Assembly (NCBI GenBank): GCA_023261695.1
Contig: JAHFON010000005.1
Location: 1-48,403 of the forward strand
Reading direction: 5' to 3'
Length of the DNA: 48,403 bases
Source of the DNA: Candidatus Moraniibacteriota bacterium
Lineage (GTDB): Bacteria > Patescibacteriota > Minisyncoccia > Moranbacterales > UBA1568
The position numbers were made by a program, and so were the translations under genes. Shown here piece after piece: positions 19,741 through 30,251 of the stretch (its first letter is position 1; every line of letters starts with the position of its first letter). A model generated the notes under the pieces. The model did no database searches. It worked only from the letters and a program-made list of their open reading frames with translations, and was not told the origin of the DNA.

Positions 19741-19754
19741 AATAATGAAAATTT

Positions 19755-21542
19755 ATGAGCGACATAATTGAAAAGGAAACCAAGCTGATAGCGGTTTATG
19801 CTAGAGTTTCCACTTCCGCACAGGAGGAACAGGAAACTATCGAGGCGCAGCTTTTGCAGGTACGCCAATTTGCTGATAAGCACGCCTATACAATCGTAAA
19901 TGAGTATCTCGACAATGGATGGAGTGGTGACAGTATTATAAGACCAGCTCTCGATCAGCTCCGGATAGATGCGAAGAAGAAAATATGGGAAGGGGTTTTG
20001 ATATATGATCCGGATAGATTAGCTCGCAGATACTCGTATCAGGAGCTGGTTATGGATGAGTTACGTGAAGCTGGTATAGAAGTGATATTTGTCACTACTT
20101 CTGCTCCCAAAAATGAAGAAGATAAGATTCTGTATGGAGTTAAGGGATTATTTGCTCAATATGAGAGAGCAAAAATTGCGGAGCGTTTCCGCATAGGAAA
20201 GATTAACCGAGTAAACTTGGGTCATGTGCTAACAACGGAGGCGCCATTCGGCTACACGTATATACCGAATATGGGTAAGAGAGGTACAAGTGAGTATGTT
20301 TTTGGCTATTACAAGATCAATAGAAACGAAGCGAAAGTTGTTGGCATGATCTTCAAATGGGTTGCCAATGATGGATTAACTCTGAGGGCTGTTGTACGGA
20401 AGCTACAAGAACAGAGCATACCTCCTCGCCGGAGTAAGCGGGGCGTATGGAATACAAGCACGTTGAGTACTCTTTTGCGCAATCAAACCTATATCGGCAA
20501 GGCACATTGGGGATCTTCCTATGCCGTAGTTCCCGCGAAGCCATTGAAGGATGAAAAATACAGGAAAATTAAAAAATCAAGCAAGCGTATGAAGCCAGAA
20601 AGTGAGTGGCTGTCCATTCCTGTAAAAGCCATTGTGAAGCAGGATCTTTTCGATCGTGCAGGACAAAGATTAAGGGAGAATTTTGCAATGATGGGACGGA
20701 ATAAGAAGAATGATTACCTGCTCGCTGGAAAGATCTGGTGCGCCTGCGGGAGAAGAAGGGCTGGGGAAGGACCGCAACATGGAAAACACCTTTATTACCG
20801 ATGCACAGATCGAGTCTATAGCTTCCCATTACCTCGTACTTGCAATGAGGGGGGGATCAATGCCAGAATTGCCGATGAAGCTGTGTGGCAGAAACTCAAG
20901 CAAATCATGAGCACCCCAGCATTAATGCTGTCTCAAGTTGAGCGATGGATGGGTAATCATAAAAGTAATGAGAGCAAGAGAGTCGTTATGGATATCGAGA
21001 ATGCTGAAAAACAAATAGCAAAACTAAATGGGCAAATGGATAAGTATGCCAAGGCTTACTCTGCAGACGTCTTTACTCTCAAACAGTTGAAGGGCTATCT
21101 GGCACCTCTGAAAGAAAAAATGGCTGTATTGGAAAAAAGTCTTGCTCAGGCCTATAGTGAGCAATTGCCAAAACTTGAAATGGCAACGCCGACCATCGAA
21201 GAGATAGAACTCTTTGCCAAAGACGCCACAAAAGCCTTGGATGGCTTGAGATTTAGCTCTAAGAAGGCTATAATTGGGAAAACTATCGATAAAATCATTT
21301 CTACTCAGAGAGATCTACAGTTCTACGGCTTTATCAATTTACAACAAATACATGTCGAGTTCATCACTGAGAGTCGGTATTGTCGGTTTGCCCAACGTGG
21401 GGAAGTCCACCCTGTTCAAAGCGCTGACGCGCAAAGCGGTGGATATCAACAACTATCCTTTTTGTACCATAGAACCCAACGTGGGGATTGTGGAAGTGTC
21501 AGATTCTCGCCTGTCGCAATTAGCCGCGCTTTCTCGAAGTAA
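19755..21542 (+). CDS. Large serine recombinase (integrase)
   Basis: YARVST, DRLAR, APFGY recombinase domain, [16 protein letters not shown] Zn ribbon, coiled coil; reads through the right att site into ychF in another frame. Confidence 0.95.
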   Translation: MSDIIEKETKLIAVYARVSTSAQEEQETIEAQLLQVRQFADKHAYTIVNEYLDNGWSGDSIIRPALDQLRIDAKKKIWEGVLIYDPDRLARRYSYQELVMDELREAGIEVIFVTTSAPKNEEDKILYGVKGLFAQYERAKIAERFRIGKINRVNLGHVLTTEAPFGYTYIPNMGKRGTSEYVFGYYKINRNEAKVVGMIFKWVANDGLTLRAVVRKLQEQSIPPRRSKRGVWNTSTLSTLLRNQTYIGKAHWGSSYAVVPAKPLKDEKYRKIKKSSKRMKPESEWLSIPVKAIVKQDLFDRAGQRLRENFAMMGRNKKNDYLLAGKIWCACGRRRAGEGPQHGKHLYYRCTDRVYSFPLPRTCNEGGINARIADEAVWQKLKQIMSTPALMLSQVERWMGNHKSNESKRVVMDIENAEKQIAKLNGQMDKYAKAYSADVFTLKQLKGYLAPLKEKMAVLEKSLAQAYSEQLPKLEMATPTIEEIELFAKDATKALDGLRFSSKKAIIGKTIDKIISTQRDLQFYGFINLQQIHVEFITESRYCRFAQRGEVHPVQSADAQSGGYQQLSFLYHRTQRGDCGSVRFSPVAISRAFSK

Positions 21543-22410
21543 AAAAATTATTCCGGCGGTCATTGAATTTGTGGATATTGCCGGTTTGGTCAAAGGGGCG
21601 AGCGAGGGAGAAGGTTTGGGCAATAAATTTCTTGGGAGTATTCGCGAAGTGGACGCGATAGTGGAGGTGGTGCGGGTGTTTGAAAATCCTAATATTATTC
21701 ACGTTCACAATCGCGTCGCGCCGACGGAAGACATTGAAATTATCAATGTTGAACTTATTTTGTCCGATTTGGAGACGCTGACCAAGCGCAAATTCAAAAC
21801 CGCCAAAGACGCGCGCGCCGGAACCAAATCGGCTGTGGCGGAAATGAGCGTGCTGGAAAAATTGGAGACGGCGTTGCAGGCAGGCAGTTTGGCGCACGCT
21901 GTGATACAGAAATTTTCAGACGAGGAGCGAAAAATCGCGCAGTCTTTGCAGTTGTTGACCGCCAAGCCGTTTTTTTATGTGTATAATGTTTCGGATATCG
22001 ATGCTGATTTAGGCTCTGAACTGGAAAGCCGTCCCCACGTGAAACTGGATATCAAAATTGAAGAAGAACTGCTGGAAATGTCGGCGGAAGAAATAATTGA
22101 AATGGGACTGCGGTCGCATTTGGGCGATCTTTCGCAAAGAGCCTACGCCCTGCTTAATCTCATCACGTATTTTACCACCGGCGAAGACGAAACACGCGCC
22201 TGGACGATTGTTCGCGGATCTACCGCGCCAATCGCGGGAGCGGCTATCCATACTGATTTTCAAGAAAAATTCATTCGGGCGGAGGTTATTCATTGTGAAA
22301 AATTACTGGAAGCTAAATCATGGAGCGCCGCTCGCGACGCAGGCTTGCTTCGTTTGGAAGGCAAAGAATACATCGTCCAAGACGGCGATGTGGTTGTATT
22401 TAAGATTTGA
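21352..22410 (+). CDS. ychF: Ribosome-binding ATPase YchF (N-terminus supplied by the element)
   Basis: [55 protein letters not shown]. Confidence 0.97.
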   Translation: MSSSSLRVGIVGLPNVGKSTLFKALTRKAVDINNYPFCTIEPNVGIVEVSDSRLSQLAALSRSKKIIPAVIEFVDIAGLVKGASEGEGLGNKFLGSIREVDAIVEVVRVFENPNIIHVHNRVAPTEDIEIINVELILSDLETLTKRKFKTAKDARAGTKSAVAEMSVLEKLETALQAGSLAHAVIQKFSDEERKIAQSLQLLTAKPFFYVYNVSDIDADLGSELESRPHVKLDIKIEEELLEMSAEEIIEMGLRSHLGDLSQRAYALLNLITYFTTGEDETRAWTIVRGSTAPIAGAAIHTDFQEKFIRAEVIHCEKLLEAKSWSAARDAGLLRLEGKEYIVQDGDVVVFKI

Positions 22411-22459
22411 GTTTATCCGAATGATTGTTGAGCATTTTATTTTGTGATAAACTTGTTTT

Positions 22460-22753
22460 ATGACTACGGAAATTATCAAGAAAAAAATAGTCCCGATTCT
22501 CAAGCGCCGAGGAGTTCTCAAGGCAGCTGTTTTTGGGTCGGCCGCAAGAGGTAAAATGACAAAAAAAAGTGATGTTGATTTATTGTTGGAGATCTCACAA
22601 AATAAAACGCTTTTTGACATAATAAAGCTTAAATTGGAATTGGAGGAAAAATTAAAAAGAAGTGTGGATATAGTGGAATATAGCGCCATCCATCCTCTTA
22701 TTAAAAATCAGGTTTTGAAAGAGCAAAAAAATATATATGAAAAGAGACCCTAA
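22460..22753 (+). CDS. Minimal nucleotidyltransferase antitoxin (MntA-like)
   Basis: FGSAARG.....SDVDLL motif. Confidence 0.92.
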   Translation: MTTEIIKKKIVPILKRRGVLKAAVFGSAARGKMTKKSDVDLLLEISQNKTLFDIIKLKLELEEKLKRSVDIVEYSAIHPLIKNQVLKEQKNIYEKRP

Positions 22754-23075
22754 ATTATTTTTCGCGGATATCTTTGAAAGTATTGAGTTGATTGAAAAAT
22801 ACACAAAAGGTTTGACGTACGAAAAATTTATTAAAAACAATACAATTCAAGATGCGGTATTGAGGCGTTTTGAAATAATTGGAGAAGCTGCAAAAAATAT
22901 TCCAGATAATATAAAAAAGAAACACCAGAATATACCATGGAAAGAGATGGCTAATATGAGAAATGTAATTTCTCATGAATATTTTGGTATCACTATGAAA
23001 AGAATTTGGAATACGGCAAAAAAGGATTTGCCAAAACTTAAAAAGCAAATTTCAGGCATTTTTATAACATCTTGA
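22737..23075 (+). CDS. HEPN (DUF86) toxin, HepT-like
   Basis: DAVLRRFEIIGEAAK, IPW, RNVISHEY (R-x4-H). Confidence 0.92.
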   Translation: MKRDPKLFFADIFESIELIEKYTKGLTYEKFIKNNTIQDAVLRRFEIIGEAAKNIPDNIKKKHQNIPWKEMANMRNVISHEYFGITMKRIWNTAKKDLPKLKKQISGIFITS

Positions 23076-23314
23076 GTTGCATCGCTCTCTCGTCTGGAGG
23101 GCAAAGAATACATCGTCCAAGACGGCGATGTGGTTGTATTTAAGATTTGAGTTTAATGCCTATTTATGGGTAAAATGTGGCCATTGACTTTTTCTATATT
23201 TTAGTGTAAAATAAGCTGTTGCAAAATCCAGTGCAATAGGTTCCTTAATAATTGGAAATTATCCATTAGGAAAAATAGGAAAAACAATCGTTAGATAAAA
23301 AAGGAGAAGTGTAG

Positions 23315-23689
23315 ATGAAAAGACAGATGAAGAGAATTTCAGTACTAGTTATCGCTCTTGTGTCATTAGTTTTTCAGGGTTGCGCGCTTTATTCGGTCGC
23401 TAGTGGGATTGGCGGTGGAGGTCCATTTGACTCTCACCCGAGGAGAGCGGTAGACCCAATCGTTCACGCTCGGGAGGAGTGTCGCCTAGTGAAGAGTGTA
23501 GTCGATTCGAAGGTTCGGGCGTATGACGAAGTGGTATTTTTTGAAGGAGAAGCCACTGTCGTCAGTAAAATAGGAATGGTACGTTCTGGAGAGAGGTATT
23601 TGGTAGGAGTTGACACCTACCAAAGTGGCACTGTTTCAATATCCTTTTTGTGGAGTTTAAATAACCACCTTGTACCTTGCCGTCGCTAG
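23315..23689 (+). CDS. Putative lipoprotein
   Basis: Signal peptide with FQG-C lipobox-like site; own promoter and SD. Confidence 0.6.
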   Translation: MKRQMKRISVLVIALVSLVFQGCALYSVASGIGGGGPFDSHPRRAVDPIVHAREECRLVKSVVDSKVRAYDEVVFFEGEATVVSKIGMVRSGERYLVGVDTYQSGTVSISFLWSLNNHLVPCRR

Positions 23690-23710
23690 TAGTAACGGGG
23701 GGGGTACAAT

Positions 23711-23739
23711 AAGAGCCGAGACAATGTCCCGGCTCTTTT
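23711..23739 (+). terminator. Intrinsic terminator
   Basis: AAGAGCCG...CGGCTCTTTT. Confidence 0.7.
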
Positions 23740-23746
23740 ACTTTGC

Positions 23747-23788
23747 TTGACACGCGGGGAATTGGCAATCTATAATACAGAGTGCTAA
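23747..23788 (+). promoter_or_regulatory. groEL sigma70 promoter with overlapping CIRCE (HrcA operator)
   Basis: TTGACA 23747-23752, TATAAT 23771-23776; CIRCE TTGGCAATC-N9-GAGTGCTAA at 23762-23788. Confidence 0.88.
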
Positions 23789-23812
23789 ATGAGTAATAAA
23801 TAAGCAGTATAA

Positions 23813-25468
<1,656 letters not shown>

Positions 25469-25561
25469 ACGCTTGAACAAGAGAGACCTAATGGAAAATC
25501 AAAAAAGAGACATGAGTCTCTTTTTTTGTGGTATAATACAGACGGACAAAAATAAAAAACT

Positions 25562-27310
25562 ATGCGCATTGAATTAAATCAACTGAAACTTTTCTTGTCG
25601 GATTCCAATCTGGTTCCCAAGGAAATACTGGAGCAGGTGGCGGAAGAAGCGGCGAAGAGCGGTAAAAATCTGGGAGCGCTTCTCTTGGAAAAAAAACTTA
25701 TTCAGGAGGCGGAACTGCAAAAAGTGTACGCCTATATTCTGGGTATCCCGTTTGTTGATCTTTCCAAGGAAACTATTCCCATTGAGATTCTGCAAATCGT
25801 ACCGGAGCTTATCGCCAAGAAATACAATATCGTAGCCTTTGAAAAAACCGGCACGAATTTGAAGGTGGCGATGCTGAATCCGGAGGATCTGCAGACCATT
25901 GATTTTATCAAGAAGAAAACCGGTTTGAAAATCGTGCCTTGTCTGACGACGCGCGAGAACATACAGGGCATATTGCGCCAGTATGAAAAAAGTCTCAAGG
26001 CGGAATTCGGAGATATCTTGACCGGAGATATTAAGCCAGACGGCAAAAATGAAGATGATGAAAATCTGGAACAAGTAGCCGCCGGTCTTCCGATCATCCG
26101 TATCGTGGATACACTTTTGAAACACGCCATTTTGGAATCCGCCAGTGATATTCATATTGAACCGGAAGAAAAAGCGGTGCACGTGCGTTACCGCATCGAC
26201 GGAGTTTTACACGACGCGATGACTCTGCCCAAGGACGTGGCGACCGGTCTTGTGGCACGCATCAAAGTGCTTTCCAATCTCAAATTGGACGAACATCGTT
26301 TGCCGCAGGACGGACGGTTTAAGATTCAGAACGAAGAATACAATATCTCTTTTCGCGTCAGCATACTGCCGATTTTTGACGGCGAAAAAATAGTGATGCG
26401 TCTTTTGGACGAGTCTTCCAAGGGTTTGACGCTGGAAAAAATGGGATTGGTTGGTTCGGCGTTGGAAGCGGTGCATCGCGAAATTAACAAGCCCAATGGA
26501 ATGATTCTGGTAACTGGCCCGACGGGTTCCGGCAAGACGACTACGCTGTATACGGTGATGGATATTTTGAACACGCCGGAAGTGAATATCAGCACGGTGG
26601 AAGACCCGGTAGAGTACCGGATGCCGCGCGTCAATCAAACGCAAGTCAATCCCAAGATCGGTATGACGTTTGCCGCGGCACTGCGTTCTCTTTTGCGCCA
26701 AGACCCGGATATTATTATGGTGGGGGAAATTCGCGATCAGGAAACATTGGAGATCGCTATGCACGCGGCGATGACGGGACATCTGGTGCTTTCCACTTTG
26801 CATACCAATAGCGCTTCCGCAACATTGCCGCGAATGTTGGATATGGGCGCGGAACCGTTTTTGATCGCGTCCACGGTCAATGTGATTATTGCCCAGCGTC
26901 TGGTGCGTTGTCTGTGTGTTGAGTGCCGCAAGCCGTATAAATTGGACAAAAAAGAAATAGAGTCGCTTGGCAAATCGTACGATATGGAGACTATTTTACA
27001 ATATCTCAAAGATACTCCCATCAGCCGCAAGTTTGTGGAAAAGGCCAAAGATTGGGGAGAAGTGACTCTATACAAAAAAACCGGCTGTGATCAATGTATG
27101 GGTGAGGGGTATCACGGGCGCAATGGCATTTACGAAGTATTGCCTATGGACACGGAAATCAGAAAATTGGTCACGCAATCGGCCACTACCGAAGAGATAG
27201 AAAAGACGGCCAAGAAAAATGGTATGGCTACGATAGCGGAAGACGGATTCTTAAAAATCGTGCAGGGTATCACATCGCTGGAAGAGGTTTTGCGCGTGAC
27301 GAAAGAATAA
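25562..27310 (+). CDS. pilB: Type IV pilus assembly ATPase PilB/GspE
   Basis: ASDIHIEP, RLPQDG, GPTGSGKTTT, LRQDPD, GHLVLSTLH, tetracysteine motif. Confidence 0.93.
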   Translation: MRIELNQLKLFLSDSNLVPKEILEQVAEEAAKSGKNLGALLLEKKLIQEAELQKVYAYILGIPFVDLSKETIPIEILQIVPELIAKKYNIVAFEKTGTNLKVAMLNPEDLQTIDFIKKKTGLKIVPCLTTRENIQGILRQYEKSLKAEFGDILTGDIKPDGKNEDDENLEQVAAGLPIIRIVDTLLKHAILESASDIHIEPEEKAVHVRYRIDGVLHDAMTLPKDVATGLVARIKVLSNLKLDEHRLPQDGRFKIQNEEYNISFRVSILPIFDGEKIVMRLLDESSKGLTLEKMGLVGSALEAVHREINKPNGMILVTGPTGSGKTTTLYTVMDILNTPEVNISTVEDPVEYRMPRVNQTQVNPKIGMTFAAALRSLLRQDPDIIMVGEIRDQETLEIAMHAAMTGHLVLSTLHTNSASATLPRMLDMGAEPFLIASTVNVIIAQRLVRCLCVECRKPYKLDKKEIESLGKSYDMETILQYLKDTPISRKFVEKAKDWGEVTLYKKTGCDQCMGEGYHGRNGIYEVLPMDTEIRKLVTQSATTEEIEKTAKKNGMATIAEDGFLKIVQGITSLEEVLRVTKE

Positions 27311-27343
27311 TTGAGGCGCGGGGAAAGCGGCCTCAATCACTTC

Positions 27344-28843
27344 TTATTTCCCAAATTCGTTGTGGCGAAGCTCGCGTTTGATATGCGATCTGGCGGATGA
27401 GGTTTTCACGAAATCCAGCCAGTCGCGGCTGGGCTTCTTTTTTTCTTTGGTAGTCAGAATCTGAATAACTTGCCCGTTCTCTATGTGATAATCAAGCGGC
27501 ACTATTTTTCCATCAGCTTTGGCGCCGGTGGCGCGATCGCCGATTTCGCTGTGTATGGCGTAAGCAAAATCTATGGGCGTTGCCTCTTCCGGCAGTTCCA
27601 CGATGTCGCCTTTGGGCGTGAAGGCAAAGATATGATTTTTGAAAAATTCAATGCGCAGGCCTTCAATAAATTCTTTGTCATCGCGGCCGATTTCTTTCTG
27701 CCACTCTTTTAACTGATTGACCCAGACCAGCTCTTTGGGCGCGGTCGTGACGGGCGGTTTTTTTCCGAAGAAGAATCCGCGCCACCCGGGCTGTTCTTGT
27801 TCCGTGTACATCCAATGAGCGGCGATGCCGTATTCCGCTTCACTGTGCATTTTGGGGGTGCGGATTTGCACCTCCAGAATCCGGCCTTCGGGACCGAAAA
27901 TAGTTGTGTGAAGGGATTGGTAACCGTTGGGTTTGGGGAGGGAAATGTAGTCCTTGATGCGGCCGACCATAGGGCGATACTCGCGATGAATGATGCCGAG
28001 AGCCTCATAGCAGTCGGAAATTTCCGGAACAATGATACGAATGGCGATAAGGTCATAGATGCGGCTGATGTTCATCTCGTGGCGCTTCAGTTTTTGATAT
28101 AAGCGATAGGGATGTTTGGTGCGACCGCTGATATCGGTCAGTCGGATTTTTTCTTTTCCCAGGGTTTCGCGAATGAGTTTTACGACGCGATTCATATATT
28201 CTTCGCCTTCGCGCAGATAAGTTTCTTCAATCTTTTTGGTTTCGGCGTAACGTTTGGGCTCCATATACATAAAACAGATGTCTTCCAGCTCGCCTTTAAT
28301 TTCACCTATGCCGAGGCGGTTGGCGATGGGCGCGTACACCTCCATAGTTTCTCGCGCGATGCGCTTCTGTTTTTCCGGCGGGAGATATTCCAACGTGCGC
28401 ATATTGTGCAATCTGTCGGCCAGTTTGATAATTACAACGCGGATGTCTTGCGCCATAGCGAGAAACATCTTACGAAGATTATCAATGTAGTATTCTTTTT
28501 GGGAGTCGTGCAGTTTGATCTTTCCGAGTTTGGTAATGCCGCTGACAAGATAAGCCACTTCCGCGCCAAAGTTTTTTTCTATTTCCGCGAGCGTCACCTC
28601 CGTGTCTTCCGGAACGTCGTGCAAAAGTCCGGCCATCAGGGTTTTTATATCCATGCCGATTTCCGCGAGGATTTTAGCCACATGCAAAGAGTGGCTGATG
28701 TAGGCTTCGCCCGACTTGCGTTTTTGTCCGTGGTGAGCTTTCTCCGCGAAATGATAGACTTCAGTGAGTAATTTTTGGTCACCACTGGAAAGGGGATGAG
28801 TTGTGGCTTTCAAGATGTCATTGAAAGTTATGGGAGATGACAT
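27344..28843 (-). CDS. rel: RelA/SpoT family (p)ppGpp synthetase/hydrolase, short form
   Basis: HD domain LLHDVPED, KLADRLHNMRT, KPNGYQSLHT, EVQIRT, TGS domain; ends soon after TGS. Confidence 0.93.
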   Translation of the reverse strand: MSSPITFNDILKATTHPLSSGDQKLLTEVYHFAEKAHHGQKRKSGEAYISHSLHVAKILAEIGMDIKTLMAGLLHDVPEDTEVTLAEIEKNFGAEVAYLVSGITKLGKIKLHDSQKEYYIDNLRKMFLAMAQDIRVVIIKLADRLHNMRTLEYLPPEKQKRIARETMEVYAPIANRLGIGEIKGELEDICFMYMEPKRYAETKKIEETYLREGEEYMNRVVKLIRETLGKEKIRLTDISGRTKHPYRLYQKLKRHEMNISRIYDLIAIRIIVPEISDCYEALGIIHREYRPMVGRIKDYISLPKPNGYQSLHTTIFGPEGRILEVQIRTPKMHSEAEYGIAAHWMYTEQEQPGWRGFFFGKKPPVTTAPKELVWVNQLKEWQKEIGRDDKEFIEGLRIEFFKNHIFAFTPKGDIVELPEEATPIDFAYAIHSEIGDRATGAKADGKIVPLDYHIENGQVIQILTTKEKKKPSRDWLDFVKTSSARSHIKRELRHNEFGK

Positions 28844-28942
28844 AGGAGGATAACAAGAAAATTATCTATATATAGAGTATAATACAAGGGAAGTTACACT
28901 TTTGACAAACGCGGCAGGTTTGCGTTAATTTGAAAACAATTT

Positions 28943-29634
28943 ATGGAGGCGATATTATTTTCCATCGCGGCTTTTTTCTCGACTTATTTCGGAGGATTGC
29001 TCTCTTTGAGATTTAAGGAGAAACTGCATATTATAATGAGTTTTGCGGCGGGAGTCCTTCTCGGAGTTTTCAGTTTTGAAGTTTTGCCGGAAATAATCAA
29101 CGAGATTAAAATCAATGATTTTAACCCGCTTGGAGTGACGATCGCTTTCGTGCTGGGATTTATGTTTTTTCACATTATAGAAAAAACTATCCTTATTCAT
29201 CACGCCCAAGAAGCAATGTACGCGGCGCATAAGCACCCCCACGTGGGTATATTTGCGGCCATAACCTTAGCCACTCATAGTTTCGTGGACGGACTTGGTA
29301 TCGGTTTGGGTTTTCAGGTGAGCGAGGCCACCGGTTTGTTAGTCACATTGGCGGTGATAGCTCATGACTTTACGGATGGGATGAATACGGTGACTTTATT
29401 ATTAAATCATAAAAACAAAATAGAAACTGCCAAGCGATTTTTATTGTTGGACGCTTTGGCTCCGGTATTGGGAGCGGCCGCAACGCTTATTTTTCAACTG
29501 CCGCCGCATTTTCTTATTATTTACCTCGGGTTTTTTGGGGGATTTTTGATGTACATAGGAGTTCATTCAAGTTAATCGGGCTAACTATAGCAGGATTGCT
29601 GTTCGTTTTTGTGATCACTCGTTTTGTGGGATAA
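28943..29634 (+). pseudogene. ZIP family metal transporter with frameshifting deletion near the C-terminus
   Basis: HSFVDG and AHDFTDG ZIP motifs; ORF stops at 29575 after YIG; the last TM (SSFKLIGLTIAGLLFVFVITRFVG*) is in another frame to 29634. Confidence 0.7.
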
Positions 29635-29715
29635 ATTGAAAGATGTCTCTTTTCTGTTTTACCAAAAAGTTGTATACTCAAAGCAAGATAAATAATTTTA
29701 CGGGTACAATTAATT

Positions 29716-30234
29716 ATGCATCTTTTCAATAATGTTTCTCGTGACAAAACCAAAGGCTCGGTTCTGGTTTTTGCTCTGTTGATTCTGGCTTTTTCTCTCG
29801 TTTCCGCTCTTTCCATCGCTACGCTTTCAGGCACCGAAAGGAGAGCTTCTTTAGCTACTGAAAAATCCAGCCGCTCATTTCAAGTAGCTGATTCCGGAAT
29901 GGAAGCGATTCTCTACAAGATATATAAAGTAAATGATATTGGTCCCGCGTATGACAATCTTAATGAATTAGCAGGAGATATGGGCGTTACTTGTAGTAGT
30001 AGCGCTGGAGAAATTAAATTCGGTACAACCACCAACGGTTACACTATATATTTTTACGAGCTAGACCCTAGCGCGCCGTCTCCAACAAATTGTCAGAGTC
30101 CTGATTGGAGAGAGAAAATAACGCATATCAAATCCGTGGGCACTTCCGGCAACACTACCAGAGCCATAAACGTGGGATTGTCTGCTCCGTGTGTGCCCGA
30201 CCCACTTGCCGTGCCTCCTGTTACCTGTCCATAA
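29716..30234 (+). CDS. PilX-like minor pilin
   Basis: KG-SVLVFALLIL prepilin-like N-terminus and SFQVADSGME motif. Confidence 0.75.
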   Translation: MHLFNNVSRDKTKGSVLVFALLILAFSLVSALSIATLSGTERRASLATEKSSRSFQVADSGMEAILYKIYKVNDIGPAYDNLNELAGDMGVTCSSSAGEIKFGTTTNGYTIYFYELDPSAPSPTNCQSPDWREKITHIKSVGTSGNTTRAINVGLSAPCVPDPLAVPPVTCP

Positions 30235-30251
30235 AAATAAAATATCTTGTG

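Larger units (their letters stand above)
11008..21379. mobile_element. Serine-integrase integrative element inserted in the 5' end of ychF
   Basis: Core AGTCGGTA at 11008-11015 and 21372-21379; displaced ychF start ATG CCT CTC AAA GTC GGT (MPLKVG) at 10997; large serine recombinase at the right end; accessory cargo only. Confidence 0.9.
22350..23155 (+). repeat. Direct repeat of the ychF 3' end flanking a TA module
   Basis: 56 bp identical (22360-22415 and 23100-23155), extending to 66 bp with two synonymous differences. Confidence 0.92.

Noticed and set aside
21274-21351. Longer ychF N-terminus given in the ORF track
   Set aside because: YchF normally starts a few residues before GIVG; the extension is integrase coding sequence. 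ATG 21352 is preferred.
6269-22410. UGA recoding (genetic code 25) as in Gracilibacteria
   Set aside because: TGA terminates rpmG and ychF at their expected ends, and conserved genes are uninterrupted in code 11.
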